Origin: Candidatus Melainabacteria bacterium
GTDB taxonomy: Bacteria > Cyanobacteriota > Vampirovibrionia > LMEP-6097
Direction of reading: 5' to 3'
Length of the DNA: 34,899 bases
Assembly: GCA_028817775.1 (NCBI GenBank)
Contig: JAPPOW010000177.1
Span: forward strand, 1-34,899
Shown: piece after piece, positions 16,472 through 25,346 of the stretch
How positions within the stretch are numbered: position 1 is the first letter of the stretch
Layout: the number at the start of each line of letters is the position of its first letter
Notes under the pieces: generated by a model
Databases searched by the model: none
Seen by the model: only the letters and a program-made list of their open reading frames with translations
What the model was told of the DNA's origin: nothing
Position numbers and translations under genes: made by a program

Positions 16472-17452
16472 ATGACCCCAAGTAGCCTATTTCATTCACT
16501 ACCAACCATGCCAGAAGCTGAGCTGCTGGAGTTCATTGAAAGCTCGCACAATTTTAGTGTTAATCAAATTCTTGATTACTTAGACTATATCTATGAGCAA
16601 GCGCCGCCAATTGATATTGGTGAGAGTATTTATGACTGCTGTGGCACTGGTGGTGATGCAGCCAATACTTTTAATATCTCAACCACTACTGCAATAGTAG
16701 CTGCGGCCGCTGGAATCAAAGTTTGTAAAAATGGCGGTCGTTCAAGTAGCAGTACTACTGGTTCAGTTGATGTGCTTGAAGCTCTAGGCTTAAATCTTGG
16801 TGCCAAGCTGGAAACGAAACTTATCGGGCTTGAAAAATATAACTTGGCTTTCTACTCAAGCAATGTTTCAGCAGAATTATTAGCACCAATCAAACAAGTT
16901 TGCCGCAAACACAAACTTACTAGCTTCTTGTCATTGCTTGGACCAATAGCTAGCCCAGTCAAGCTTACCGGACAGATAGTAGGCGTGGGGCAAGAAAACT
17001 GGTTTGGCACCATGGTTGATTTACAGACTAAATTAATAGAACGAGGCTTACGCCAAAAAGCAGCTGTGCTGATTTCAGAATTTGCCGATGGCGCTAAACT
17101 CGATGAATTAAGTAGCGCCTCGCGCTCCAAAATTGTTTTGCTAAATAAAGAAGGCTCTAAAGAATTTCAGTTTGACCCCAAAGATTTTGATCTTGACGAT
17201 AAGAAAGAAGATTTGCAGGGCGGTGCCGATCATCAAGCCAATGCTCAAATTATCCTAGAGACTCTCGGTCATTGCGAGCCCCTGCCAAGCAATCCAGATC
17301 CAAAAATTAGAACAGTCGCTCTCAATGTAGCCTTGTTACTTTACCTGCAAGATCAAAGCCAAGAATTAAGTCAATACTTCCAAACAGTGATTGAAATAAT
17401 AAGCAGCGGCAAAGCCCTAGAAAACTTTGAGAGATTTAAAGGTATTGTATAA
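16472..17452 (+). CDS. anthranilate phosphoribosyltransferase family (TrpD-like, glycosyltransferase family 3) protein
   Basis: 326 aa. PRPP-binding CCGTGGDAANTFNISTTTA, and KNGGRSSSSTTGSVDVLEALG (compare KHGNRxxSSxxGSADVLE in TrpD). No other trp genes in the window. Confidence 0.75.
   Translation: MTPSSLFHSLPTMPEAELLEFIESSHNFSVNQILDYLDYIYEQAPPIDIGESIYDCCGTGGDAANTFNISTTTAIVAAAAGIKVCKNGGRSSSSTTGSVDVLEALGLNLGAKLETKLIGLEKYNLAFYSSNVSAELLAPIKQVCRKHKLTSFLSLLGPIASPVKLTGQIVGVGQENWFGTMVDLQTKLIERGLRQKAAVLISEFADGAKLDELSSASRSKIVLLNKEGSKEFQFDPKDFDLDDKKEDLQGGADHQANAQIILETLGHCEPLPSNPDPKIRTVALNVALLLYLQDQSQELSQYFQTVIEIISSGKALENFERFKGIV
17268..17298 (+). repeat. family B repeat arm embedded in frame in the TrpD-like CDS (copy B6)
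   Basis: gtcattgcgagcccctgccaagcaatccaga, read in the CDS frame as G-HCEPLPSNPD. It has the GTCATTGCGAG head and AAGCAATCCAGA tail of the intergenic copies. Confidence 0.75.
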
Positions 17453-17459
17453 TGAAGCT

Positions 17460-17939
17460 ATGTTCAAAAAAGTACTTGTTTTAGCATTGTTATTTTCAGT
17501 AGGTTCTTTATCTGCAGTCAAAGCAGAGGACAGGCAGGGTTATGCGCTTGATAAATTAGCCAACGCGCAGGCCCAGCTTGATAGATTGCTTGCTCAGAAA
17601 GACGCACTTAATAAATTAATCAAAGCTGTCAAGAAAGACTTGCGTGCTGCAAAGATCAGAGCTAAGGCTGAAGAAATTCAACTCAAAGCGGATACTGAGC
17701 GCCAAGATGCTGCAGTGATGGTTGAACAAACTGGTGTTGCTGTTGACTTGCCAAACTTGATGGCAACCAAAGGTGTCAAAGCTGGTCTTGTTGAGTACGA
17801 CAAAGACAATGAAGTTGAGATGATGTTTGAAGACAATGCCAAAGAGAAAGCAGTCTTCTTCCCAGGCGGTGATGCTGGCAAAACAGTTAACCCAAGTGGA
17901 ATCTCTAACGACGCCGATCTACCTGACTACATCAAGTAA
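17460..17939 (+). CDS. secreted coiled-coil protein (159 aa)
   Basis: Track ORF 17427 trimmed to ATG 17460, which gives the Sec signal MFKKVLVLALLFSVGSLSAVKA|ED. Heptad-like, Lys/Ala/Gln-rich central region. Its stop overlaps the next start (TAATG). Confidence 0.6.
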   Translation: MFKKVLVLALLFSVGSLSAVKAEDRQGYALDKLANAQAQLDRLLAQKDALNKLIKAVKKDLRAAKIRAKAEEIQLKADTERQDAAVMVEQTGVAVDLPNLMATKGVKAGLVEYDKDNEVEMMFEDNAKEKAVFFPGGDAGKTVNPSGISNDADLPDYIK

Positions 17940-18376
17940 TGTCTATTAGTCGCAGTGAAATCTTTAAACTAGCAGCACTTGCTCTAGTGATCACCTTGCT
18001 GCAAACTTCCTTGCTAAGCAGCTTTGAAGCTCTAGCAATCAATTTACCAGTCGTAGCTATTTTTATTAGTTCAGCATTATTGCCTGCAGCGAGTAATCTA
18101 ATTTTTGCTACTTCGCTTGCAATCATAGTTTCATTAATGACCTATGGAGATACTATATTTTGGACCTACCCTCTACTAGCTTTAATTGCCAGCAAAATTA
18201 ATCCTGAGCAAGTCAGATCTAAGTTTTTGGTTGCAATAGTCTTTAGTATCATGTTCACACCAGTCTTTGAATTTATTTATGCTGGCAACATGGCTAATAT
18301 AACTACAGCAAGCATTACTAACCTAGTTAGTTCTATAATTTTGTTCTGGAGCTTAAAGCCCTTTTTTAAACAATGA
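17939..18376 (+). CDS. small polytopic membrane protein (145 aa, 4-5 TM)
   Basis: Hydrophobic throughout. Translationally coupled on both sides (TAATG at 17937 and ATGA at 18373). Size and topology are reminiscent of MreD, but no diagnostic motif was seen. Confidence 0.55.
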   Translation: MSISRSEIFKLAALALVITLLQTSLLSSFEALAINLPVVAIFISSALLPAASNLIFATSLAIIVSLMTYGDTIFWTYPLLALIASKINPEQVRSKFLVAIVFSIMFTPVFEFIYAGNMANITTASITNLVSSIILFWSLKPFFKQ

Positions 18377-19062
18377 CAACAACAATCGATACAGTAGCAG
18401 AAAAACTATCCAGTGACTGGGCTGCAGAACTCAAAACCGAGTTCAAGCAAGATTATATGCGCTCACTCAAATCCTTCTTGGATCAAGAAGTTTCTGATCA
18501 TATAATCTATCCTCCTGCTGATGACACTTTCAACGCTTTTAAATATTGTCCTCTATCACAAGTTAAGGTTGTGATCTTAGGACAAGATCCTTATCACGGA
18601 CCAGGTCAAGCTCATGGACTTTGTTTCTCAGTGCGTGAAGGTATAGCCAAGCCACCTTCATTAGTGAATATTTTCAAAGAACTCAATGGAGACCTTGGAT
18701 TAGAAATTCCTAATCATGGTGATCTAAGTGCTTGGGCTAAACAAGGTGTGTTTTTACTCAACACTTCACTAAGTGTGCGCGCGCATCAGGCAGGCTCACA
18801 CTTTGGTCAGGGTTGGGAAACCTTCACTGATAAAGTAATTGAAACCATTAACAAAAAATCTGAAAACGTGGTCTTTATGCTTTGGGGCGCGCCCGCTCGC
18901 AAAAAAGCCTTGATGATAGACAAAGGCAAACATCTAGTATTAGAGGCGCCGCACCCTTCACCACTCTCAGCCCATAGAGGTTTCTTAGGTTGCAAACATT
19001 TTTCTCAGGCTAATGAATACTTGGAGTCTAAAGGCAAGCAAGCTATAGACTGGGTTTTATAA
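18373..19062 (+). CDS. ung: uracil-DNA glycosylase, family 1
   Basis: 229 aa. Water-activating loop [18 protein letters not shown] and DNA-intercalation loop [11 protein letters not shown]. Confidence 0.92.
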   Translation: MTTTIDTVAEKLSSDWAAELKTEFKQDYMRSLKSFLDQEVSDHIIYPPADDTFNAFKYCPLSQVKVVILGQDPYHGPGQAHGLCFSVREGIAKPPSLVNIFKELNGDLGLEIPNHGDLSAWAKQGVFLLNTSLSVRAHQAGSHFGQGWETFTDKVIETINKKSENVVFMLWGAPARKKALMIDKGKHLVLEAPHPSPLSAHRGFLGCKHFSQANEYLESKGKQAIDWVL

Positions 19063-19064
19063 CC

Positions 19065-19155
19065 GTCATTGCGAGGAGACGAAGTCGACGTGGCAATCCA
19101 ATGCATCGACTTGGCTGGTCCACTGGATTGCTTCGTCGTACCTCCTTGCAATGAC
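19065..19155. repeat. family B repeat, full two-armed palindromic copy (B3)
   Basis: Left arm is gtcattgcgaggagacgaagtcgacgtggcaatcc. The right arm ggattgcttcgtcgtacctccttgcaatgac is the reverse complement of gtcattgcaaggaggtacgacgaagcaatcc. The copy fills the convergent spacer between ung and the S8 peptidase. Confidence 0.9.
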
Positions 19156-19164
19156 CGATAACTT

Positions 19165-21063
19165 CTAATTATTTATATTAATGAGTGCTTCGTCGTAGAC
19201 TTCCTCGCCAAGACTATTAACAGCAGTAAGTCTTAAAGTATAAAGTCCATCTTTATAAGCCCGGCTATCAAAGCCTCTGAGCAAGGTACCCTTTTTCATA
19301 AAGCGCAAAGTAAAATTACCCAGTGTATCCCAAGTGCTTGGCTTAACACCTGAACCAATCTCTATGCGGTAGGACATGATATCAGTACCAAGAATTGAAC
19401 CTTTGATATTGACTAAACCGTTAATGAATTTGAGACGTGGGTATTGAAACTCTTTGACTTTCAAAGCAACTCGTGGCAAGCGATTACTAGCATCAATTGC
19501 ACCATTGAGCTGAATCAAACCTGCTCCAAGATTTTGAGAGGATTCAATTTCTAATGAATCAAGCCGCAGACGATTGACAATCTCATCCACTTTTAGTTGC
19601 GGCGATTTGGAAAGTAAGACTGCAGCTGCTCCAGCTACATAAGGAGCTGCCATTGAAGTTCCAGCTCTGACCCTATAACCAGAACTGGTTAAATCAGAAG
19701 AAAGAATATTAGGTCTACCATAACGGGTACTACCAGGTGCTACAAAATCAATATTGTAACCATAGTTGGAGAATTTTGATTTGGTCCTGCGGTTACTCAT
19801 TGCTCCAACCGCAATAACCCCTGGAAGACCAGCTGGACTAGCAATAGTACCAGCACTGACATTAGAAATATCTCTATCATCATTACCAGCAGCTGCAACC
19901 AAAACCATTTTCTTAGAGACTGCTTTAACAGTGCGCTCCAAAGCTTTACTATAAGTACTACCTGTAAATGACATATTAACCACATCGGCTCCCTTACTTG
20001 CTGCATAGAGTAATGCCTTGATCAATAAAGTAGTTTTAGTTTGTCCCGAAGTAGAAAAAACATTAATCGGCATAATTTTTGCTCTTGGTGCTGCACCAGT
20101 AATACCAATGCCATTACTCGATTCGGCTGCAATAATGCCAGCCACATGAGTGCCATGTCCAATCTTGGAGTCTAATGGATCAAAGTCCTTATGAAAGAAA
20201 TCATAACCAATTGAGCCTGGAGTAATTTCATGTTTATCTAGTTTGCCGTTGCCGTTAGAGTCCATATCCTTGAGACTCACAATGCCATCACGATTACGAT
20301 CAGGGACTATACTTGGATTAACCCAAATATTGTTATAAAGATCTGGATGATTATAATTGACTCCTGAATCAATCACGGCAACCACTATACCTTCGCCTTG
20401 AGATTGGCGCCAAGCTTGATCAACCCCAATTTCATCCAAACCCCAAAGCGCTGAATAATCTAGCTTCCAACCTGGTGTATCCTCTACTGTCTGAATCTCA
20501 GTAGCAAAATCAGCTAGCCCAGCTAATTTGTAATTTAAATTCGGTTCCACGAATTCTACCTCAGGATCAGCTTCAAGTTCTTTGATCATTAGTTTGAGCT
20601 TTTCGCACTTGGCAAGTTTCACTCGCCCTTGAGCCTGGTCAAGCCAATCAGTGAACATATTAGCTTTGGGTTCAACATTCATTAAATAAATATCTTCAAG
20701 TTCTTCAGCCATACCGTAACCCAAAACTTCCTTACGGCGTTTCTTGAGTTTAGCGTTTGGAATTAATTCACGCTTAGCAGCCTTACTGTAGTTATCAAGG
20801 TTAACCAAGGAGTGAAAAGAATTAACTCTGTAGTTGGTCGTACGAGCCCGCAAATGTTTTTCTGATTTGGCGCGGTGAAATCCTGGTGCTCGTTTTTTAC
20901 CGTGTCTGTTTTTATACTTGATGATTAATTCACCACTCGCTAAATCATCACAACTATATTGAAGTTCTTTGACTTCATGATTTACAGGCGCGTGCTCCTG
21001 GGCCGCCACTGAACTAAGCAATAGCAGCATCGAGAGCATCAAAAATATGCTTCGACGAATCAT
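19165..21063 (-). CDS. secreted subtilisin-like serine peptidase (S8 family)
   Basis: Start moved from 21108 to ATG 21063, which gives the signal MIRRSIFLMLSMLLLLSSVAA|QE. The 21108 start cannot be excluded. Catalytic triad contexts VVAVIDSGV (Asp), HGTHVAGIIAA (His) and GTSMAAPYVAGAAAVLL (Ser). N-terminal propeptide-like region and a C-terminal ~110 aa beta-rich domain. Confidence 0.88.
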   Translation of the reverse strand: MIRRSIFLMLSMLLLLSSVAAQEHAPVNHEVKELQYSCDDLASGELIIKYKNRHGKKRAPGFHRAKSEKHLRARTTNYRVNSFHSLVNLDNYSKAAKRELIPNAKLKKRRKEVLGYGMAEELEDIYLMNVEPKANMFTDWLDQAQGRVKLAKCEKLKLMIKELEADPEVEFVEPNLNYKLAGLADFATEIQTVEDTPGWKLDYSALWGLDEIGVDQAWRQSQGEGIVVAVIDSGVNYNHPDLYNNIWVNPSIVPDRNRDGIVSLKDMDSNGNGKLDKHEITPGSIGYDFFHKDFDPLDSKIGHGTHVAGIIAAESSNGIGITGAAPRAKIMPINVFSTSGQTKTTLLIKALLYAASKGADVVNMSFTGSTYSKALERTVKAVSKKMVLVAAAGNDDRDISNVSAGTIASPAGLPGVIAVGAMSNRRTKSKFSNYGYNIDFVAPGSTRYGRPNILSSDLTSSGYRVRAGTSMAAPYVAGAAAVLLSKSPQLKVDEIVNRLRLDSLEIESSQNLGAGLIQLNGAIDASNRLPRVALKVKEFQYPRLKFINGLVNIKGSILGTDIMSYRIEIGSGVKPSTWDTLGNFTLRFMKKGTLLRGFDSRAYKDGLYTLRLTAVNSLGEEVYDEALININN

Positions 21064-21116
21064 CAATTTATTTGGCTTCAAAAGAAGCTTAGTAAATAAA
21101 AACGGCATTTTAATTA

Positions 21117-21167
21117 GAAACTAGAGGGGGTAAATACCCACATGGGGTATTTACCCCCTCTAGTTTC
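21117..21167. repeat. 51-bp palindrome (perfect 23-bp stem, 5-nt loop) in the S8 / acyl-CoA dehydrogenase divergent spacer
   Basis: gaaactagagggggtaaataccc (21117-21139) is the exact reverse complement of 21145-21167. Loop is acatg. Confidence 0.95.
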
Positions 21168-21175
21168 CGCATTAT

Positions 21176-21290
21176 GGTTGCTACGCAACCTGCATATGGT
21201 CATTTCATTCCCTGCAAATGCTTCGCTGCCAGTACAGGCGGAGCCGTCCGCAGGAGCTTTAGCTCCATATGCAGGGAACAAAGCGACCAT
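21176..21290. repeat. family A nested-palindrome repeat, copy A3
   Basis: Leading hairpin ggttgc-tac-gcaacc. Arms are atggtcatttcattccctgca (21196-21216) and tgcagggaacaaagcgaccat (21270-21290), pairing 17/21 plus one wobble. Inner stem ggagc-ttta-gctcc. Confidence 0.88.
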
Positions 21291-21325
21291 ATGCTAAATC
21301 ACAAAACGGGCATATAGTATAGGTT

Positions 21326-22474
21326 ATGGACTATAGCTACACAGAGGATCAGAAAATGCTGCAGAAAATGCTGCAGGATATTGGCGAGAAGGAGCTCAAA
21401 GAGCGTGCCAAGGAAATCGACCAAAGTCATAGATTTCCGCGTGAAAATGTCGAACTGATGGCAGAGGCTGGCTTGATGGGGCTTACTGTCGACGAAAAAT
21501 ATGGCGGTGGCGGCATGGACTATATCTGCTACTCACTAGCAGTTGAAGAATTGTCTAAAGCTTGTGCCAGCACCGGTACTATTTTTTCTGCTCACTTATC
21601 ACTTTGTACTATGCCAATTCAAGATTGGGGTAGTGATGAACAAAAAGAAAAATTCCTCAAACCATTAGCTAGTGGTGAGAAGCTTGGTGCCTTTGCACTT
21701 TCTGAGCCGGGCAATGGTAGTGATGCTGCTGCCATGAACACTACTGCAGTTGAAGATGGTGATAACTTTGTGCTCAATGGTAGCAAGGCTTGGATTACCA
21801 ATGGCGCTGAAGCTGATATCTACTTGGTTCTAGCGCAGACCGATAAAGAACTTAAACACAAAGGTGTTACTGGCTTTATTGTTGAGAAGGGCACTGAAGG
21901 TTTTAGTTTTGGCAAGCCAGAAGACAAACTTGGTATCCGAGCTAGTTCAACTACCCAATTACATTTTGACAATTGTAAAATTCCTAAAGCTAATGTCTTG
22001 GGGCAAGTAGGTGATGGTTTCAAAATTGCCATGAAGACTTTGGATGGTGGTCGCGTTGGTATGGCGTCCCAGGCTATGGGTATTGCTCGAGCTGCCTTTG
22101 AAGAATCAATTGCTTATGCCAACGAGCGTGAAGCCTTTGGTCAAAAAATTCTAGACTTCCAAGCAATTCAATTTAAATTAGCGAATATGTCTACTGACAT
22201 CGATGCCGCTCGCTATTTGATTTACGCAGCAGCAACAGCTCACGACCGTGGTGAGCAATTCTCAAGATTATCAGCGCAAGCTAAAGTATTTGCTTCAGAG
22301 ATGGCAATGAAACATACGGTAGAAGCGGTGCAAATTCATGGTGGCTACGGTTACACCACTGAATACAATGTCGAGCGTTATATGCGTGACGCTAAGATCA
22401 CAGAGATCTATGAAGGTACTTCTGAGATTCAAAGAATTGTAATCGCTAAAGCTTTACAAAAAGAAATGCTCTAA
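21326..22474 (+). CDS. acyl-CoA dehydrogenase (short-chain/butyryl-CoA dehydrogenase-like)
   Basis: 382 aa with the three-domain ACAD pattern. ALSEPGNGSDAAAM, WITNG and C-terminal YEGTSEIQRIVIAKAL with the catalytic Glu position typical of short-chain ACADs. Confidence 0.9.
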   Translation: MDYSYTEDQKMLQKMLQDIGEKELKERAKEIDQSHRFPRENVELMAEAGLMGLTVDEKYGGGGMDYICYSLAVEELSKACASTGTIFSAHLSLCTMPIQDWGSDEQKEKFLKPLASGEKLGAFALSEPGNGSDAAAMNTTAVEDGDNFVLNGSKAWITNGAEADIYLVLAQTDKELKHKGVTGFIVEKGTEGFSFGKPEDKLGIRASSTTQLHFDNCKIPKANVLGQVGDGFKIAMKTLDGGRVGMASQAMGIARAAFEESIAYANEREAFGQKILDFQAIQFKLANMSTDIDAARYLIYAAATAHDRGEQFSRLSAQAKVFASEMAMKHTVEAVQIHGGYGYTTEYNVERYMRDAKITEIYEGTSEIQRIVIAKALQKEML

Positions 22475-23631
22475 GACTTAAATTCTACAAGATCAGCTAG
22501 TTCTGGAATTGCTGGAATAGTATGGTATTCATTCAAACCATATTCTTTTCTCAACTCATACTCATCCTTGCTCAATAGTGGCATTAATTCTTCAACAGTG
22601 GCTGAAACAATTTTTCTTGGCATAGTGCCCTCTTTCAAATCTAAACCAAGACGCTTGGCAATAGCTTCGACCAAAGTGAAAACATTTTTAATAGCATAAT
22701 AAGCCCTCTGACTAGTTAGATCTCCACCACCTAAACCCAGTGAACTGTTATAAGCAAAAGCTGATCCTTCATCAGACTCTAGCTTTTGAGTTATGGCTTG
22801 CTTCTGATAATCAAACAAACCTCTTTCATCTAGGATATCTGCTATCTCTAGGATACGCTCTCTAGCAGAGTTCAAATTAGTGAAAACTTGAGAATCTGGA
22901 TCAATATCTACTATCTTGTGCTGCTGCAATTTTACTTCTCTATTCCTATTGTTAAAAAACGGCGCGAAGTAATCATCCCTAGTATATTCGGTCTTGAGAG
23001 GGCTAGTAAAACAAGCCATATGGTAAACAGACAAAGTCAATAAATACATAAGCTCATCTGTAGCAAGATCACTATCTATTGCATCCATATCTGCAATCTT
23101 TGTTTTTACCTGGTCTAAATCTATGTCTTTAGTCTTTCCTTCTGCTATAGACTGCATAGGAAATTGCTTCTCATCATCCAAGTTAGAACCAAAAACATAA
23201 TCCTGTAAGGCATGCCTCAAACTTTCTTGTCTTTGTTTTAACTCACTAGTTGCGGCAGCCTCTATCTCATTGAAACTTGCAGCCCTATCAATAGCAGAGT
23301 CGGTGTCCCAGTCTCTAATCGCTTCGACTGCAGCTCTTGCTGTAATTCCATCTGGATCTAGTCTGACTGCACTAGCTACCAAATTATCTAAGAACTCAGT
23401 CACTGCAGTATTAGTCAATCCTGCTTTGTCAGGATTAGTCTCTGACCTAATTGCACCAAGCTCTCGTGCTCTAGTGCGAGCCTCTGGATCAGCAAATAGT
23501 GCTGCTTTGTCGTGAACGTCCCTTACAAGCTCTCCAGCTGAAGCACCGGGACTAAGTGAAGTCTTTCTCATTGACTGGTATAAAGGAGTTGATCTAAATA
23601 GATTGCTATAAGCAAAACGAGTTTCATTCAT
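22471..23631 (-). CDS. hypothetical protein (386 aa), last gene of the six-gene ORFan operon
   Basis: ATG start. No signal peptide, TM segment or recognisable motif. Its stop codon overlaps the acyl-CoA dehydrogenase stop (CTAA at 22471-22474). Confidence 0.6.
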   Translation of the reverse strand: MNETRFAYSNLFRSTPLYQSMRKTSLSPGASAGELVRDVHDKAALFADPEARTRARELGAIRSETNPDKAGLTNTAVTEFLDNLVASAVRLDPDGITARAAVEAIRDWDTDSAIDRAASFNEIEAAATSELKQRQESLRHALQDYVFGSNLDDEKQFPMQSIAEGKTKDIDLDQVKTKIADMDAIDSDLATDELMYLLTLSVYHMACFTSPLKTEYTRDDYFAPFFNNRNREVKLQQHKIVDIDPDSQVFTNLNSARERILEIADILDERGLFDYQKQAITQKLESDEGSAFAYNSSLGLGGGDLTSQRAYYAIKNVFTLVEAIAKRLGLDLKEGTMPRKIVSATVEELMPLLSKDEYELRKEYGLNEYHTIPAIPELADLVEFKS

Positions 23632-23670
23632 AAGATAAGATTAGCATACAAGGATGAGTAATACGGATTG

Positions 23671-24087
23671 CTAATCAAATATTATAGAAAGCAAAAGCGC
23701 AAGAGCCTTATAAAAATCACCCACAAGATAGAGCCTATGTTGCAAAGCAATATTGGGTGTTTCTGAGCCAGCAGTCATAGCAACTAGATACTGGTGTAAA
23801 TCAGGTAAGAGATAGAAGCTATCCATAGCCAGTACGGCAGCAAGTGAGACTAATAAAGCAATCGCTAGTTTATTACGCAAAAAGCCAATGGCAATGATAA
23901 GCAAAACCAAACATAGTCCCCATTCTATATAGTTGAAGTATCTGAAACTCAAATCACCAATTTCAAGTGCTACTGGCTTAGTTAAACTAGGCGCGAGAAA
24001 CTTTACAGGAGCCGAGAAAAATGAAACCCCAAGCAGCATGCCTAGCCAGAGTGTTGTAAAGAAATGAAATAATTTACTTGCTTGCAA
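23671..24087 (-). CDS. small four-TM membrane protein (possibly DUF4149/TMEM205-like)
   Basis: 138 aa with a TTG start (alternative ATG at 24039). Four hydrophobic segments. Only an 11-bp gap to the upstream gene. The family assignment comes from memory of topology only. Confidence 0.55.
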   Translation of the reverse strand: MQASKLFHFFTTLWLGMLLGVSFFSAPVKFLAPSLTKPVALEIGDLSFRYFNYIEWGLCLVLLIIAIGFLRNKLAIALLVSLAAVLAMDSFYLLPDLHQYLVAMTAGSETPNIALQHRLYLVGDFYKALALLLSIIFD

Positions 24088-24098
24088 TGCAAGGCTAA

Positions 24099-24725
24099 TT
24101 ATAACGCACGAGCGATGCCTTTGACTTGGTCGTCAGCATCAGCAGAAAGCAAGACCACTTCGCTACCTGGCTTAAGGTTCAAACGTTTAGATTTTAAAAC
24201 CAATTGAGGCAGTGGAAAGAGAGCGCCCTTGATAAAACCTTTGGCTCCTTCCTTGATAGCACTTTGATCCTCATCTTTCTCATGAATATTGTAGCCAGCA
24301 TTCCATAGTGCTAGACCACCACGAGCAACGGGTAAACCTACAGCAAGAAAATCGATGGTGATTCCAAGTACCAGACCAGTAGTACCAATCACCCCATTAC
24401 CAATTGCACGCCTACCACCAAAACGTTTGGTACGAACTTTAAGTTTGCGATTCAAATTTTTGGAAGTACCATTAGGAAAAACTGCTTCGGTCAAATCAGC
24501 CTTGATATATTCTGAACGCATAAACCTACGATTAGGTTTATGTTCAAAAACTTTAGCGTAAAGAACTGTTGACTTCGGCAAGTCATCATCACCCTCGGTA
24601 ACTTTCATACTTAAAGTTTTGCCATCATAATTCAAAACTTCTAAGTGCAATCTTTCATCAAATGGTCTTGCTTGAACTGCAAATGCATTAAAAATTAAAA
24701 CTAAAGCCAATAAAATTTTTCTCAC
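24099..24725 (-). CDS. secreted protein with glycine-zipper-like hydrophobic segment (208 aa)
   Basis: GTG start. Sec signal MRKILLALVLIFNAFAVQA|RP. Central IGNGVIGTTGLVLGITIDFLAVGLPVARGGLALWNAG is rich in small-xxx-small repeats. Confidence 0.62.
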   Translation of the reverse strand: MRKILLALVLIFNAFAVQARPFDERLHLEVLNYDGKTLSMKVTEGDDDLPKSTVLYAKVFEHKPNRRFMRSEYIKADLTEAVFPNGTSKNLNRKLKVRTKRFGGRRAIGNGVIGTTGLVLGITIDFLAVGLPVARGGLALWNAGYNIHEKDEDQSAIKEGAKGFIKGALFPLPQLVLKSKRLNLKPGSEVVLLSADADDQVKGIARAL

Positions 24726-24770
24726 CTAGACTTTATACCCAGGTATCAAAAAACTAGCTAAATAGGTCCT

Positions 24771-25304
24771 TTATTTACCGGCTGTCTCAATAGGTCTAGA
24801 ACCATAAAGGAATATATCTGCAAGCCTCTCATCTGGGCTCTTGGCATCAACTACTCTAAAATCAACACCCAGCTGTCTCAATGCTCTACGGATCCTTGAT
24901 TTACCAGGGAAATGATTGTACTGCGCAAGTTCTGATTCCACTGTGGCTTCACCAGTCTTTGGTGAATCATCGACGCAGCTTGGTCTATAGACTGGCTTTA
25001 AACCAAGGGCTCTAAGCTTGTCAAGAAATTCAGCTATACCTTGTCCCCAATCTGTATTAGATTCTTCTCCACGTTTTAATTTAACAATACTGCCGTCATC
25101 TTGTCTTACGGCACTAAAATCATTCTCTTCTCTATCTCCGCTGATCTCATGAGACAAAAGTGCAGCTGACCGATCTCTACTAGCCTCAGAGTCATGAGTA
25201 TCCACAGAGCCATCCTCTCTATAAGGATTACCCTCCTCATCAGTGGCGTAGAGTGCCGGTTCTGAACATAGGGGTTGCTGAATACTTATAAATGCTTCTC
25301 TCAT
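24771..25304 (-). CDS. hypothetical protein (177 aa), acidic N-terminal half
   Basis: ATG start. No signal peptide. The C-terminal half has two similar L-R-x-L-G-(L/V) helix motifs (KLRALGLKP and ALRQLGVDF). No family recognised. Confidence 0.55.
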   Translation of the reverse strand: MREAFISIQQPLCSEPALYATDEEGNPYREDGSVDTHDSEASRDRSAALLSHEISGDREENDFSAVRQDDGSIVKLKRGEESNTDWGQGIAEFLDKLRALGLKPVYRPSCVDDSPKTGEATVESELAQYNHFPGKSRIRRALRQLGVDFRVVDAKSPDERLADIFLYGSRPIETAGK

Positions 25305-25346
25305 ATCTCAAGGATCATATCTTACCAGCATCTTTATTGTCAATAG

